Source of the DNA: an uncultured bacterium
GTDB taxonomy: Bacteria > Eisenbacteria > RBG-16-71-46 > CAIMUX01
DNA: 64,000 nt
NCBI GenBank assembly: GCA_964473865.1
Contig: CAYYQN010000004.1
Coordinates: forward strand, 74,325 to 138,324
Direction of reading: 5' to 3'
How positions within the stretch are numbered: position 1 is the first letter of the stretch; every line of letters starts with the position of its first letter. Made by a program: the position numbers and the translations under genes. Below are positions 9,595 to 19,900 of this stretch, in pieces. Below the pieces are notes generated by a model. The model saw only the letters and a list, made by a program, of their open reading frames with translations. It searched no databases and had not been told where the DNA came from.

Positions 9595-9765
9595 GGCGGA
9601 TCCTCCTCGGCCGGGAATCATCCACGCCGGCGCTCTGGATGCAACCGAAAACCTCGCGCCACCTCACGGCCTGAGGCTTCGAGCCCCCGCGCATGCGATC
9701 GGCCGGCCATGGCGGGTTCTGGAGCTTCCCGGAGCGTGGGGAGCGGGTACAATCGCTCCGTGCGG

Positions 9766-12543
9766 ATGCCACTTCCGATCGACGCGGTGATCGACTCGAT
9801 CATCGATTCCCTTCGGGCGCAGCCGGCGCTGGTCCTGAAGGCGCCGCCCGGGGCGGGAAAGACCACTCGAGTCCCGCCGGCGCTGCTCGACCGGAGGCTC
9901 GCGTCCGGCGGTCGAGGAATCACGGTCCTGGAACCGCGACGCCTCGCGGCGCGCACGGCGGCCGCCCGGGTGGCCGCAGAACGCGGTGGCGCGCTGGGGG
10001 AGGAGATCGGCTACCGAGTCCGATTCGAGGCGGCGGTCTCCCCGCGCACGCGAATCACGTTTGTGACCGAAGGAGTGATGGTGCGCCGCCTGCTCGCCGA
10101 TCCGCTGCTGGCGGACACGGCGGCGGTGGTTCTGGACGAGTTCCACGAGCGGAGCGCACAGGCCGACCTGATCCTCTCGTTTCTGCGTGAGTTGCAGGAG
10201 ACGGTACGGCCCGATCTGCGAGTCGTGGTCATGTCGGCGACGCTGGATCCTTCGCCGATCTCCCGGTTCCTGGGCGGCTGTCCCGTGATCGAGAGTGAAG
10301 GGCGGGTCTTCGACGTGCAGGTCGAGCATGAGACCGGTCTCGGGAACCGTCCGATGGAGGCCCGGGCGGCCGAAGCCGCCGCCAGACTCATCGCCGCCGA
10401 ACCGCTCGGTTCGGTCCTGGTCTTCATGCCGGGCGCGTCGGAGATCCGGCGGACCATGCAGCTGGCCGGTCCGATGGCCGCGGCCCGCGGGTTCGACCTG
10501 TGTCCACTCCACGGCGACCTCCCGTCTGAGGAGCAGGACCGGGCGGTGCGCGCCGGCCGCCGCCCTCGCCTGGTTGTCGCGACGAACGTTGCCGAAGCGT
10601 CGGTCACGGTGGAAGGGGTGACCGGAGTCGTGGATTCAGGGCTCGCCCGGGTGTCGCGCCGCGATCCCCGCAGCGGGCTCAACCGGCTCGCGACTGTGCG
10701 CATCTCCCGGTCGTCCGCCCGCCAACGTGCCGGCCGCGCCGGACGGGTCGCGCCGGGGCGCTGTGTGCGCCTCTTCACCGCCGCGGAATTCGCGGCCCGA
10801 CCGGAGACGGATGAACCGGAGATCCGTCGGATCGATCTGGCCGAGATCCTGCTGGCTCAACTCGCCTGGGCGGAGCGCGACCCGTTCGCGTTCTCCTGGC
10901 TGGACGCGCCCGAGCCGCGGGCCTTGCGCCGGTCGCTCGAACTCCTGCGGCAGCTGGGGGCCATCGAGCGCGCCTCGCCGGACGACTGTCCAGCGCTCTC
11001 AGCCGACGGCCGCGCCATGTTGCGCTGGCCCTTGCACCCGCGCCTCGGTCGGATTCTGGTGGAGTCCGAGCGGAGAGGATGCCGCGGCGAAGCGGCGACG
11101 CTCGTGGCCCTCCTGTCGGAGCGGGACATCCGGCTGCAGACCCGCGTGCGATTCGAACCGGACAGAGAAGACGTCTCTGACGCGGGCGCGGGGGGAACGG
11201 GCGGCGTGACGAGCGGCGGCGCGGCGCGTGCGAGCGGGGGCTTCGAGGCCGAGGCGCCCTCGGTTCGAGCCGAAGCGGCGACCCGGGGGAGTTCGGATCT
11301 CCTGGAGCGGCGGGACGACCTGGAGGCGGCCGCCCGGCTGCGATTCGAGCCGGCCGCGGTGCGGGCGCTCGGGGTCGATCGGCGCGCCGCCCTGCGCGTC
11401 TGGCGCGTGGCGGAGCAGGTGCGGGGGCGAACCCCGCGCGCGAAGCAGGCGGTGCCGGAGGAGGTTCTCCTGCGCTGCCTCCTCAGTGGCTATCCGGATC
11501 GGATTGTCCGTCGCCGGGAGCCGGCTGCCCGCGACGGGTTGATGGTCGGCGGCGTCGGGGCGCGCCTCGATGAGGCCTCGGTCGTGCGGGATGGCGAATT
11601 CTACGTCGCCCTGGAGGCGGCGCCGTGCACCGGCGGGTCGGGGAGACTCGTCGCGGTGCGCCAGGCGTCCCTGGCGCGGCGCGAGTGGCTCGAGGATCTG
11701 GACCCCGGATTGGTGCGGGAAGAAGACCAGACCGAGTTCGATCCCGGGACCGGCCGGGTGGTCGGGCTTCGTCGTCGTCTGTTCCTCGACCTCGTCCTGG
11801 ACGAGCGCACCACCGGCTCCGTCGACCCCGCGAAAGCCGCTGAGCTCCTGCATCTGGCCGCGTCCCGATCTCCGGCGGATGCGATCGCCCTGAGTCCGGA
11901 CCTGGCGCGGTGGTTCGCCCGCGTGCGCTGGCTCCTCGGGGTTCGTCCGGAGCTCGCGGCGTCATTCCCGGCCGGCGAAGCCCCCGCGCCCGTATCGAAC
12001 GATCCGGTGGTCGAGGCAACGGGACCGCTCTGGCCGTGGGTCCTGGAGGAGCTGCGGCCCCTGTGCCTCGGGCGAAGAAGCCTCTCCGAGCTGCGGGATG
12101 TCGGGATCGAGGAGGTGCTCTCCCGATCGCTGCCTGGAGACGTGGCCGCGGCTCTGGCGAGTCTGGCGCCGGAGCGTTTGACGTTGCCCAGCGGCCGCGC
12201 CGCCCGCCTCGAGTATCGTCCGGCGGACCCGCCGATCCTGGCGGCCCGCGTGCAGGAGTTCTTCGGCAGCACGGAGACGCCCCGGGTGGGAGCGGGAACG
12301 ATTCCGGTTTTGCTCCACCTCCTGGCGCCCAGCTTCCGCCCGGTGCAGGTGACCACCGATCTCCGGTCGTTCTGGGCTACTGTCTATCCCAAGATCCGCG
12401 TCGAGCTGCGCCGGCGCTATCCGCGGCACGCCTGGCCGGACGATCCGCTGACTGCCGCGCCGCTGTCCGGTCCGCGGCGGCGGGAGGCGAAGGCGGAAGG
12501 GTCGCCGTCGGCGCCGGTAGCGGGGAAGCGGCGCCGTCCGTGA
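9766..12543 (+). CDS. hrpB: ATP-dependent RNA helicase HrpB (DEAH-box)
   Basis: PPGAGKTT Walker A, DEFH box, SAT, QRAGRAGR motif VI and HrpB C-terminal domain. Start at MPLPIDAVIDS. Contains a low-complexity Gly/Ala-rich insertion (RFEPDRED...RLRFEP). Confidence 0.9.
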   Translation: MPLPIDAVIDSIIDSLRAQPALVLKAPPGAGKTTRVPPALLDRRLASGGRGITVLEPRRLAARTAAARVAAERGGALGEEIGYRVRFEAAVSPRTRITFVTEGVMVRRLLADPLLADTAAVVLDEFHERSAQADLILSFLRELQETVRPDLRVVVMSATLDPSPISRFLGGCPVIESEGRVFDVQVEHETGLGNRPMEARAAEAAARLIAAEPLGSVLVFMPGASEIRRTMQLAGPMAAARGFDLCPLHGDLPSEEQDRAVRAGRRPRLVVATNVAEASVTVEGVTGVVDSGLARVSRRDPRSGLNRLATVRISRSSARQRAGRAGRVAPGRCVRLFTAAEFAARPETDEPEIRRIDLAEILLAQLAWAERDPFAFSWLDAPEPRALRRSLELLRQLGAIERASPDDCPALSADGRAMLRWPLHPRLGRILVESERRGCRGEAATLVALLSERDIRLQTRVRFEPDREDVSDAGAGGTGGVTSGGAARASGGFEAEAPSVRAEAATRGSSDLLERRDDLEAAARLRFEPAAVRALGVDRRAALRVWRVAEQVRGRTPRAKQAVPEEVLLRCLLSGYPDRIVRRREPAARDGLMVGGVGARLDEASVVRDGEFYVALEAAPCTGGSGRLVAVRQASLARREWLEDLDPGLVREEDQTEFDPGTGRVVGLRRRLFLDLVLDERTTGSVDPAKAAELLHLAASRSPADAIALSPDLARWFARVRWLLGVRPELAASFPAGEAPAPVSNDPVVEATGPLWPWVLEELRPLCLGRRSLSELRDVGIEEVLSRSLPGDVAAALASLAPERLTLPSGRAARLEYRPADPPILAARVQEFFGSTETPRVGAGTIPVLLHLLAPSFRPVQVTTDLRSFWATVYPKIRVELRRRYPRHAWPDDPLTAAPLSGPRRREAKAEGSPSAPVAGKRRRP

Positions 12544-12624
12544 TCCCGGGTCCTTCCGGGACCTGGACTCGCGGTCGGGAATCCGGGAAGAGGATGCGGA
12601 GAGGAGATACCGCGGGGTGGAACC

Positions 12625-12719
12625 ACGGGAGCGCGATGGCCGGTCGGGAGAGCCGGCGACACGCGGCGTAGGACAACGGGAGCGCGATGGCCGGTCGGGA
12701 GAGCCGGCGACACGCGGCT
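12625..12719. repeat. Tandem direct repeat, about 43-bp identical core with 51-bp period, 2 copies, upstream of the UbiE-family methyltransferase
   Basis: acgggagcgcgatggccggtcgggagagccggcgacacgcggc occurs at 12625 and again at 12676. Confidence 0.8.
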
Positions 12720-12784
12720 TGGGGCGCCATGCCGATGGGCTGGCGGGCCGGCCCTGGGAACGGCGCGCTCCGGCGCTGCGGACG

Positions 12785-13489
12785 ATGTTCGAGGAGATCG
12801 CCGGCGACTACGACCGGCTGAACAGCTGGCTCAGCCTGGGGCTCGACCGCCGGTGGCGGGATGCCGCGGCCCGCGCGTTGCACCCGCTTCCCCCGGGACC
12901 GGTCCTCGATCTGGCATCCGGCACCGGCGCGTTGCTCCCCCCGCTGGCGCGGCGAACGCGGCGGCCGCTGGTTCGCCTCGACCTGTCCGCGTCCCTTCTG
13001 CGCCGGGTCGAGGAGACGCCGCCTCGCCGCCGGCCAGGCGGCGGCCCGAAGGCGGGTGACCGGGGCTCTCCGCACCCTGCTCCCGCCATCGTCGGTGAAA
13101 TGGATCGCCTGCCGTTTTGCGATGCCGCGTTTGCCGGCGTGGCGCAGGCGTTTGCCCTCCGGCACTGCCGGGAAACCGACCCGTTCCTGCGCGAGCTGTA
13201 CCGGGTTGTGCGGCCGGGGGGAACGGTGGTCCTTCTCGACATGCGGGTCCCGCGGGGCGGCGGCCTCCAAGCGCTCTACCGGGGCTACTTCTGCCGCATC
13301 CTCCCCCGACTCGCGGCGCTCCTCGGGGGAGATCGGGCGGCCTACGAGATGATGGTGGCCTCGGTGCGGGCGTTGCCGGCGGAGGCGGCGCTCATCGAGG
13401 CGTTCCGCCAGGCCGGTTTCGTCGAGGTCGAGAGCCGGCCGGGCATCTTCGGTGCAGTCCGGTTGCTGCTCGGACGCCGGCCGGAGTAA
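12785..13489 (+). CDS. Class I SAM-dependent methyltransferase, UbiE/MenG family (demethylmenaquinone/ubiquinone C-methyltransferase-like)
   Basis: N-terminal hallmark MFEEIAGDYDRLNSWLSLGLDRRWR and SAM-binding LDLASGTG. Start placed at MFEEIA; earlier in-frame ATGs lie within the tandem repeat. Confidence 0.8.
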   Translation: MFEEIAGDYDRLNSWLSLGLDRRWRDAAARALHPLPPGPVLDLASGTGALLPPLARRTRRPLVRLDLSASLLRRVEETPPRRRPGGGPKAGDRGSPHPAPAIVGEMDRLPFCDAAFAGVAQAFALRHCRETDPFLRELYRVVRPGGTVVLLDMRVPRGGGLQALYRGYFCRILPRLAALLGGDRAAYEMMVASVRALPAEAALIEAFRQAGFVEVESRPGIFGAVRLLLGRRPE

Positions 13490-13580
13490 ACCGGAGCCGG
13501 AACCGCCGCTGGCGGAGCCCGGCGTCGATCGCCTAGAGTCATGAGACCAGCCTGGCTGGCGTCGTTTTCGGGAGGGATCC

Positions 13581-14030
13581 GTGGTTGTCGGGGTAGGTGT
13601 CGACATCGTGGAGGTGGAGCGGGTGGCCGCGGTGGCGCGCCGTCACGGGGAGCGTTTTCTGCGGCGTGTCTTCACGTCCCTGGAGGTGACTCGCTCGCAC
13701 GGAAACCACGATCAGTACCTCGCATCGCGGTTTGCCGCCAAGGAGGCTGCCTTCAAGGCGCTGGGGACCGGTTGGGGCGGGGGGGTGAAGTGGACCGAGG
13801 TGGAGGTCGACAACCTGGCTTCCGGGGCCCCGGTCATGACCCTGACGGGCGCGGCCCAAGCCCGAGCGGCAAGCCTCGGCGTCACCCGCATCCATGTCAC
13901 GATCAGTCACACGGCGGGACATGCCATGGCCCAGGTGCTGTTCGAGGGGCCATTCGCGGAACGAGTCGAGGGCGAGCGCGGGGAGGCCGGCGCGTCTGCC
14001 CCGACGACGGCAGGGGGAGAGGCAGGATGA
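13581..14030 (+). CDS. acpS: Holo-[acyl-carrier-protein] synthase (4'-phosphopantetheinyl transferase AcpS)
   Basis: GVGVDIVEVERV and AAKEAAFKALG motifs. GTG start. The stop overlaps the next start (ATGA). Confidence 0.85.
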   Translation: MVVGVGVDIVEVERVAAVARRHGERFLRRVFTSLEVTRSHGNHDQYLASRFAAKEAAFKALGTGWGGGVKWTEVEVDNLASGAPVMTLTGAAQARAASLGVTRIHVTISHTAGHAMAQVLFEGPFAERVEGERGEAGASAPTTAGGEAG

Positions 14031-15019
14031 GCACGTTGCGAGACTGCAGAGAGTCCGGGGCGAGTTCTCGGATCAGGATTGGAAGGCTTCTCTTCCTGGT
14101 CGGTCTGGGAACGATGGTGTGCGTTTCCGTGCCGGCCCGCCCGGCGCGCGCGCAGTCCGGAGCGGGCGACTCGGGCCCCACGGCGGTCTTGCCGCCGAGG
14201 TACCGCATGCCGGCGGTCCTCCCGGAGCAGTTCGCATCCTTCGCGGGCGATTCGCTCCGGGCCTGGGCCCGAGCCGCGATGCCGAAGGTTCGAGACCGCG
14301 CGGCCCTCTTCGCCGCCGTCCAGGAGCTCCTCCGCATGGACGCCCGTTTCGCGGAGCGGGTGGCGAAGGTCTATCCGCGAGGTCAACTGGAGTGGATCAC
14401 GATCACGGATCGGGCCGGCGACACGCTGGCCGTGGAACTGGCTCCGGTGCTTGCCGCCTATCGCAAGGTCAATCCGGAGGAGGTTCTGACCGGGGGGCGC
14501 ATCGCCTTCGAAGACCAGATGTCGCAGCTCGTCAATCCGCCGGGCCGGATGCTCGGCTTTCACGTGGTTGCGCTCGCGAATCGGGCCCTGGCCCAGGCCG
14601 ACTCGCTCCTGTCGTTCGGCGGCGCGGCCGATGTCGCGGGGGTGCAGGACGGGGCCCTGCGCGCGCTGCAGGACTGGGTGGAGCTGTATGGCCAGGTGCA
14701 CGCCGACGTGATCGCCCGGCACGAAAGCCACCTGAGCGCCGAAGACTGGGTGCTCCTGCGTCTCCAGGACAACTGCGGCAACGCCGGTCCCGATGTCTGG
14801 CGCATCAAGGAGATGTATGTCGCCAAGGTGGGAGTCGATTCGACGGTGACGCCTCCCGAAGAGCAGTTCGCCCACGAGTACACCCTCGCCTCGTTGAAGT
14901 GCCCGACTGACACGCGGGTGGTCTATCTCGACATGCCGCTGCTCCAGGCGGCACAGAGGGAGATCTATCAGCGCACGCGGGGGAAGGAGGCCGCGGGGGA
15001 GAACAACCCGCCGCGATGA
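14027..15019 (+). CDS. Hypothetical secreted protein (signal peptide), 330 aa
   Basis: Signal peptide RIGRLLFLVGLGTMVCVSVPARPARAQ. GC3-rich coding frame. ATGA overlaps at both ends (acpS stop and GT4 start). Confidence 0.6.
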   Translation: MSTLRDCRESGASSRIRIGRLLFLVGLGTMVCVSVPARPARAQSGAGDSGPTAVLPPRYRMPAVLPEQFASFAGDSLRAWARAAMPKVRDRAALFAAVQELLRMDARFAERVAKVYPRGQLEWITITDRAGDTLAVELAPVLAAYRKVNPEEVLTGGRIAFEDQMSQLVNPPGRMLGFHVVALANRALAQADSLLSFGGAADVAGVQDGALRALQDWVELYGQVHADVIARHESHLSAEDWVLLRLQDNCGNAGPDVWRIKEMYVAKVGVDSTVTPPEEQFAHEYTLASLKCPTDTRVVYLDMPLLQAAQREIYQRTRGKEAAGENNPPR

Positions 15020-16266
15020 CCGCGCCCCGTCTGGTCGTTGCGCTTCCCGACCACCCGCACCCCGCCGACATGGGGAGCCGGGTCCGCAACCGCGCGATCA
15101 TCGAGACCCTCGCCCGCTCCTTCGACCTGACCATCGTCACTCTCGTGCACGATGCCGCGCGGCTGGCCGATCCCGGCCCGGTGGCCCGCTGCGGCCGTTG
15201 GGTGCCGGTGCTGGCGGATCACCGGCGCGGCGCCGGGCCCTGGCTGGCGTGGCATCTGCGGGCCCGCCTGGCCGCCTCTCGAGAAGGGCTGCACGCGGAG
15301 ACGTTCTTCCAGAGCCTGCCGAGCTTCGCCCGGGCGGTGGAACGCTGTGTGCGCGAAGAGCGGCCCGCGCTGGTGCATGCCGCGTACTGGTACGGACTGC
15401 GCCGCCTGCGCGCCTTCCCCCGACCGCCCCTCTGGGTGGTCGATACGCATGATGTGCAGTTCGAACGGCACGCGCGCCTCTGGGGACGTTCCTCCCCGCG
15501 CGAGCGCGCCGCCGAGCTGTCCGAGCTGGCCCGCTACGATCGAATCATCGCGATCACCGGCCGCGACCGCGACACGCTGCGCGAACATCTGCCCGCGGGC
15601 GCCCCGCCGATCGAGGTGATCGGCATGGGGCTCGACTTCAGCTACTGGTCGCGGGAGGCGGCGCCTCCGGCGCTGCCCGCGGCGCCTCGGGTGGTCTTCT
15701 ACGGGAATCTGGCGAGCGAGGCGAATCGGGCCGCCGCCCGCAGCTTTGTGCGGGACCTCTGGCCGGACTGGCGGCGGCAGGTACCGGGAGCGGAGGCGAT
15801 GCTTGTGGGCGCGGATCCCGGCGAGGAGCTGCGGGCCGAGGCCGAGGCGGCCGGCGTCATCGTCACCGGCTTTGTGGATGACCCGCGGCCCTGGCTCGCC
15901 TCGGCGCGGGTGCTGGCCCTCACCTTGCGCGCGGGCAGCGGTCAGCGCGGCCGGGTCGTCGAATCACTCGCGCTGGAACTACCGGTTGTCGGTTACCCGG
16001 AGGCGCTCGAAGGGCTCGAATTCGCCGACGGAGAGGGGATCGCGACGGCTCGTTCCCGAGAGGAGTTCGGGGTGCGAACGGCCGAGCTGCTTCGCGACGA
16101 GGACCGCGCGCGCCGGCTCGGCGCCCGTGGGCGCGCGGCGGCCGCGGATCGCTACGGGTGGGAAGCGACGTACGGCCGGTTTGACGGTCTGTATCGCCGT
16201 CTGCTGGCGGATGACGGAAACGCCCCGGAAGCGCGCTTCCGAGGCGATTCGGTCACAAGGCGCTGA
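15016..16266 (+). CDS. Glycosyltransferase family 4 (GT4, group 1 glycosyl transferase)
   Basis: GT-B fold C-terminal domain (FYGNLASEANRAAARSF..., E-x7-E-like region). 416 aa. Translationally coupled to the upstream ORF. Confidence 0.75.
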   Translation: MTAPRLVVALPDHPHPADMGSRVRNRAIIETLARSFDLTIVTLVHDAARLADPGPVARCGRWVPVLADHRRGAGPWLAWHLRARLAASREGLHAETFFQSLPSFARAVERCVREERPALVHAAYWYGLRRLRAFPRPPLWVVDTHDVQFERHARLWGRSSPRERAAELSELARYDRIIAITGRDRDTLREHLPAGAPPIEVIGMGLDFSYWSREAAPPALPAAPRVVFYGNLASEANRAAARSFVRDLWPDWRRQVPGAEAMLVGADPGEELRAEAEAAGVIVTGFVDDPRPWLASARVLALTLRAGSGQRGRVVESLALELPVVGYPEALEGLEFADGEGIATARSREEFGVRTAELLRDEDRARRLGARGRAAAADRYGWEATYGRFDGLYRRLLADDGNAPEARFRGDSVTRR

Positions 16267-16363
16267 CCTCACGTGACGCGGACCTTGCGGGACACCGGCC
16301 TGACGGGGGCATCGCCCGTACAAGCAGTGGCCCGCCGATCTTCGACCCGCGGGCGTGCGAAGA

Positions 16364-16681
16364 TTACTTCTTCTTTCCGGGGGCCTTCTTCAGGACCGTG
16401 TCCTTCAGGTTCTTCGCCACCGTGAACTTCACGACCTTCTTCGCGGCGATCTTGATCTCGGCGCCGGTCTGAGGATTCCGTCCGATCCGGGCCTTGCGAT
16501 TTTGCACCTTGAACTTGCCGAGCCCCGACAAGGGCAGATCATCGCCCTTCTTCAGGGTCTTCTCGACGAGGCCGGTCAAGCCCGCGAGAAACGCCTTCGT
16601 CTCCTTCTTGTTCAGGTCGACGGTCTTGTCGGCGACTTTGACCTCCTTCATCAACGCGTCGATCAGCTGGGTCTTGGTCAT
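16364..16681 (-). CDS. HU-family DNA-binding protein with lysine-rich C-terminal extension
   Basis: MTKTQLIDALMKEV...GLGKFKVQNRKARIGRNPQTGAEIKI matches the HU/IHF fold. C-terminal AAKKVVKFTVAKNLKDTVLKKAPGKKK tail. SD GGAGGG upstream of the ATG at 16681. Confidence 0.85.
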   Translation of the reverse strand: MTKTQLIDALMKEVKVADKTVDLNKKETKAFLAGLTGLVEKTLKKGDDLPLSGLGKFKVQNRKARIGRNPQTGAEIKIAAKKVVKFTVAKNLKDTVLKKAPGKKK

Positions 16682-16871
16682 GGCAGGTAACCCTCCGTGG
16701 TCCGGTGTGGCTGTGTTAGGCCCGAAAACGATCCTCTTGGTAACACCGGTCCCCGGGAGGGGCAAGGAGAATCTCACGAAGGGGCGCGTTTTTTGCGGAC
16801 GGACGGGACCCCGGGCCGGCGGGCGTCCCCGCGGGCGGCGGCGGGAGGGCGAGAAAGGGCGGGAGTCGAGG

Positions 16872-16901
16872 TTGAATCCGGCGGCCGGTTTCGTCGAGAA
16901 T
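16872..16901 (+). promoter_or_regulatory. Candidate sigma70-type promoter for the C25 peptidase gene (TTGAAT-N18-GAGAAT)
   Basis: -35 TTGAAT (16872-16877), 18-nt spacer, -10 GAGAAT (16896-16901), about 65 nt upstream of the ATG; sequence-only prediction. Confidence 0.3.
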
Positions 16902-16967
16902 GTCGGGGTGGGCTTCGGGGGTGGAAACCCGCCGGCCCCGACAGGCTGCGAACCAGGGGAGGTTTAC

Positions 16968-19900
16968 ATGCGGATGCGGTCCTGCGCGCTGCTCGCGCTC
17001 GTCGGGCTCCTCGTTCTCGGGACGAGCGCCCTCGGAGAGGTCACGACCAGGGTCGCCCTGCACTGGGCCGACGCGGAGTTCGCGCTTCGCCCGGGTCCGG
17101 CAGGCACGGTCGCCGTACGTCTGGCCGGCGGGGTATCCGCCGCGGAACCGGGGCAGCCCGATCTGCCCTGGATGGTCGTTACCGTTCCGCTGCCGGCCGG
17201 CGTGGCCACGGTCGCGGGCTGGTCGTTCGAGCCAGAGCCGGCGAACCCGCCGGTGCCGGGCATCGTGCCGACGCCGGCCCAGCGCGACCTGCCGTCCGAG
17301 GCCGGCGGTCCGGTGTCTACGGCCCCCGACCCGGCCGTCTACGCCGGCGCCTCGCCCTGGCCCGCCGATCCGGTCCGGTTCCGCGGGGTGCAGACCCAGG
17401 CCGGACGCGCGGAAGCCGCCTTCCTGGTCTGTCCCCTCCGCTGGGACCCCCGCAGTCACGATCTGGAGCGGCTGCCGGGAGGCACTCTGACGGTTCGCTT
17501 CGGCTCCGGGCCCGCGGCCCTGGATGTGGTCACCCCGCTGCGGCCGGTGGCTGCCGACCTCTTCGGCGCCGACGCGTCTCCGAAGGCCGGCGGCGGAGCG
17601 GTCGTGCACTCCCTGCGGGGCGGTCTCTCCCCGACGGCCCGGCCCAGTCTCGACTCGGTTCCCGTGGAATTCCTCGTGGTAACGAACGAGGAGCTGGCGC
17701 CTGCCTTCCAGCCGCTCATCGACTGGAAGAACCGGACCGGCTTTCCGGCCGCGGTTCGCACTGTCGAGGCGATCTCCCGAGATTACCCCCAGGGCGTGGA
17801 CCTGGCCGAGAGCGTGCGCCTGTTCCTGCGGGACGCCTACGCCCTCTGGGGCACGCGCGTCGTGATCATCGGCGGCGATCCCTCCATCGTCCCGATCCGC
17901 TACGGACGCAGCTATGCCTACAACCTGCCCACCGGCGTGAGCATCGCCACCGACTACTACTACGCCTGCCTGGACGGCAACTGGAACGCCGACGGGGACA
18001 ATCTCTGGGGCGAGGCGCCGTTTCAGAACGTCAGCATGGAGAGCGACAAGGCCGACATGGTCGCCGAGCTGCGGGTCGGCCGGGTTTCCGCGGTTGATAC
18101 GTCGCAAGTCGGCACCTGGGTCCGCAAGTACCTGAAGTACACCCGGGATCCGGACCCCACCCCGGGCTACCTCAACGGAGTGCTGACCCTCGGCGAGGTG
18201 CTCTTCGCTCCGGAGTGGCGGCTCGGCGACGCCGATACCTGCTCGAACCAGGAGACGGAAACCTGCGTGCGGCTCGACGGGGCCACCGAATGCTTCCTCA
18301 TGATCGATACGCTGCGGGCCTCGACCTTGGGATCGTTCTTCTACTTCGATGAGCTTTACGAGCGCGAGTACTGGTGGAACCCGCGGCGCGGGATCACCGC
18401 CGGGCAGCTCAACCGGGCCAACACCCTGGCGTCGCTCAATGCCGGTCGGAACATCGTCTACCAGATGGGCCATGGCGATCGTGACCGATGGGCCATCGGC
18501 ACCGGCCGGCTTCTCACCTCCGATGTGGCGAATACCACGAACGGGCCGCGGTACAGCGGGTTGGCCTATGTCGTGAACTGCAACTCCGCCGCCGTGGACG
18601 CGGACTGCGTCGGTGAGGCCTGGCAGTTCGCGAGGAACGGGGGTGGGGTGAACTACCTCGGCTCCACCAACCTCGATTTCCCCGCCACCGCCCGGGAGTT
18701 CCAGAACTCGCTGTTGCCCCTCTGGATGAACAACGTCCAGCAGACGTGCGGCAGCGCGTATCAGACTGCCGCGCAGCTCTTCGCCACGCGGCAGGGAGAC
18801 AACGAGGGAACCGTCCGCTTCCTTCTCACAAGCCTCATCTTGCTCGGCGACCCGGATCTGAACATCTGGCGGACGCAGCCGCGGGCGATGCAGGTGACCG
18901 CGCCGGCGGAGTTCACCATCGGTTCCGGCACCGCCCGGGTGAACGTGAAGGACTCTGAGAGCGCGCCGCTTGCGGGAGCCCGGGTCACCCTGTACAAGGC
19001 CGGCGACGCCCTGGGCGTCGCCTTGACCGACGGGGAAGGGAACGCCGACGTGCCCTTTGCCCCGACCAGTGACGGCCCCTTCCTCCTCACGGTGACGCAC
19101 CCCATGGCCCGGCCGCATCAGGGCGGGGGCGATGTCCAGGAGGCCGAAGACGCCTGGCCGGTGGCCAGCAACTACACCATCGTCGACGACGGGAGCGGCG
19201 GGACCCGCGGGAACGGGAACGGCCGGATCGAGATCGGAGAGACGGTGGCCTTCAACCTCTCCGTGGGAAATCCGGGCGGACCTGCGACCGGCGTGGTCGC
19301 GAGTCTTCGTCGCGCGGAAGCGGTTCCGGGGGTCCAGGTCGCTTTCGCGGATAGCACGGAGGAGGTCGGGGATCTGACCGGTGGGGGAACGGCGACCCGC
19401 GCCGGCGCGTTCCTCCTGACGGTCCGGGCGACCGGTCCGGTCGAGGCCGACGCCGCGGACCGGGTGGCGCTCCCCCTCCTCATCGACTGGCAGGCCCAGG
19501 GCGGGACGCACACCCAACGCATCGCGCCGGAGGTGGATCGACCCGAACTCGAGCTGATCAACACCGCACGATGGGAGACCGAACTGCCCCCCGGCGGAGA
19601 AGCGGACAGCATCCCGGACCAGGGCGAGTCGATGGCCGTGACGGTCGAGCTCTTCAACCAGGGGCGCGGAAGCTGGCATCAGCTTCGGGCCCGCCTCGAA
19701 ACGATGATCCCCGGATCCGTCGCGATGCTCGATTCGCTGGCCACGATCCCGCCGCTGGAACCGGGCACGTCGGTCGTCAGCGAAGCGCTGACGTTCCATG
19801 TGACTGGGCACCTGGGGCTCAGTTTCCGCTTGCGGCTCGTCGTGGAGGACCTCACCGGAGAGACGCCCCAGACCGTCTGGTCCAGGTATCTCTACCTGCG

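Noticed and set aside
8170-9765. N-terminal half of the 8170-12543 track ORF (frame reading through the lipoprotein region into hrpB)
   Set aside because: This frame gives low-complexity Arg/Gly sequence upstream of MPLPIDAV. The real lipoprotein gene is in another frame (8180-9364) with lipobox and conserved blocks. hrpB was trimmed to start at 9766.
12377-13606. 409-aa minus-strand ORF opposite the UbiE-family methyltransferase
   Set aside because: The plus strand carries the unmistakable UbiE N-terminal signature and SAM motif. The minus frame is Arg/Pro-rich with no motif.
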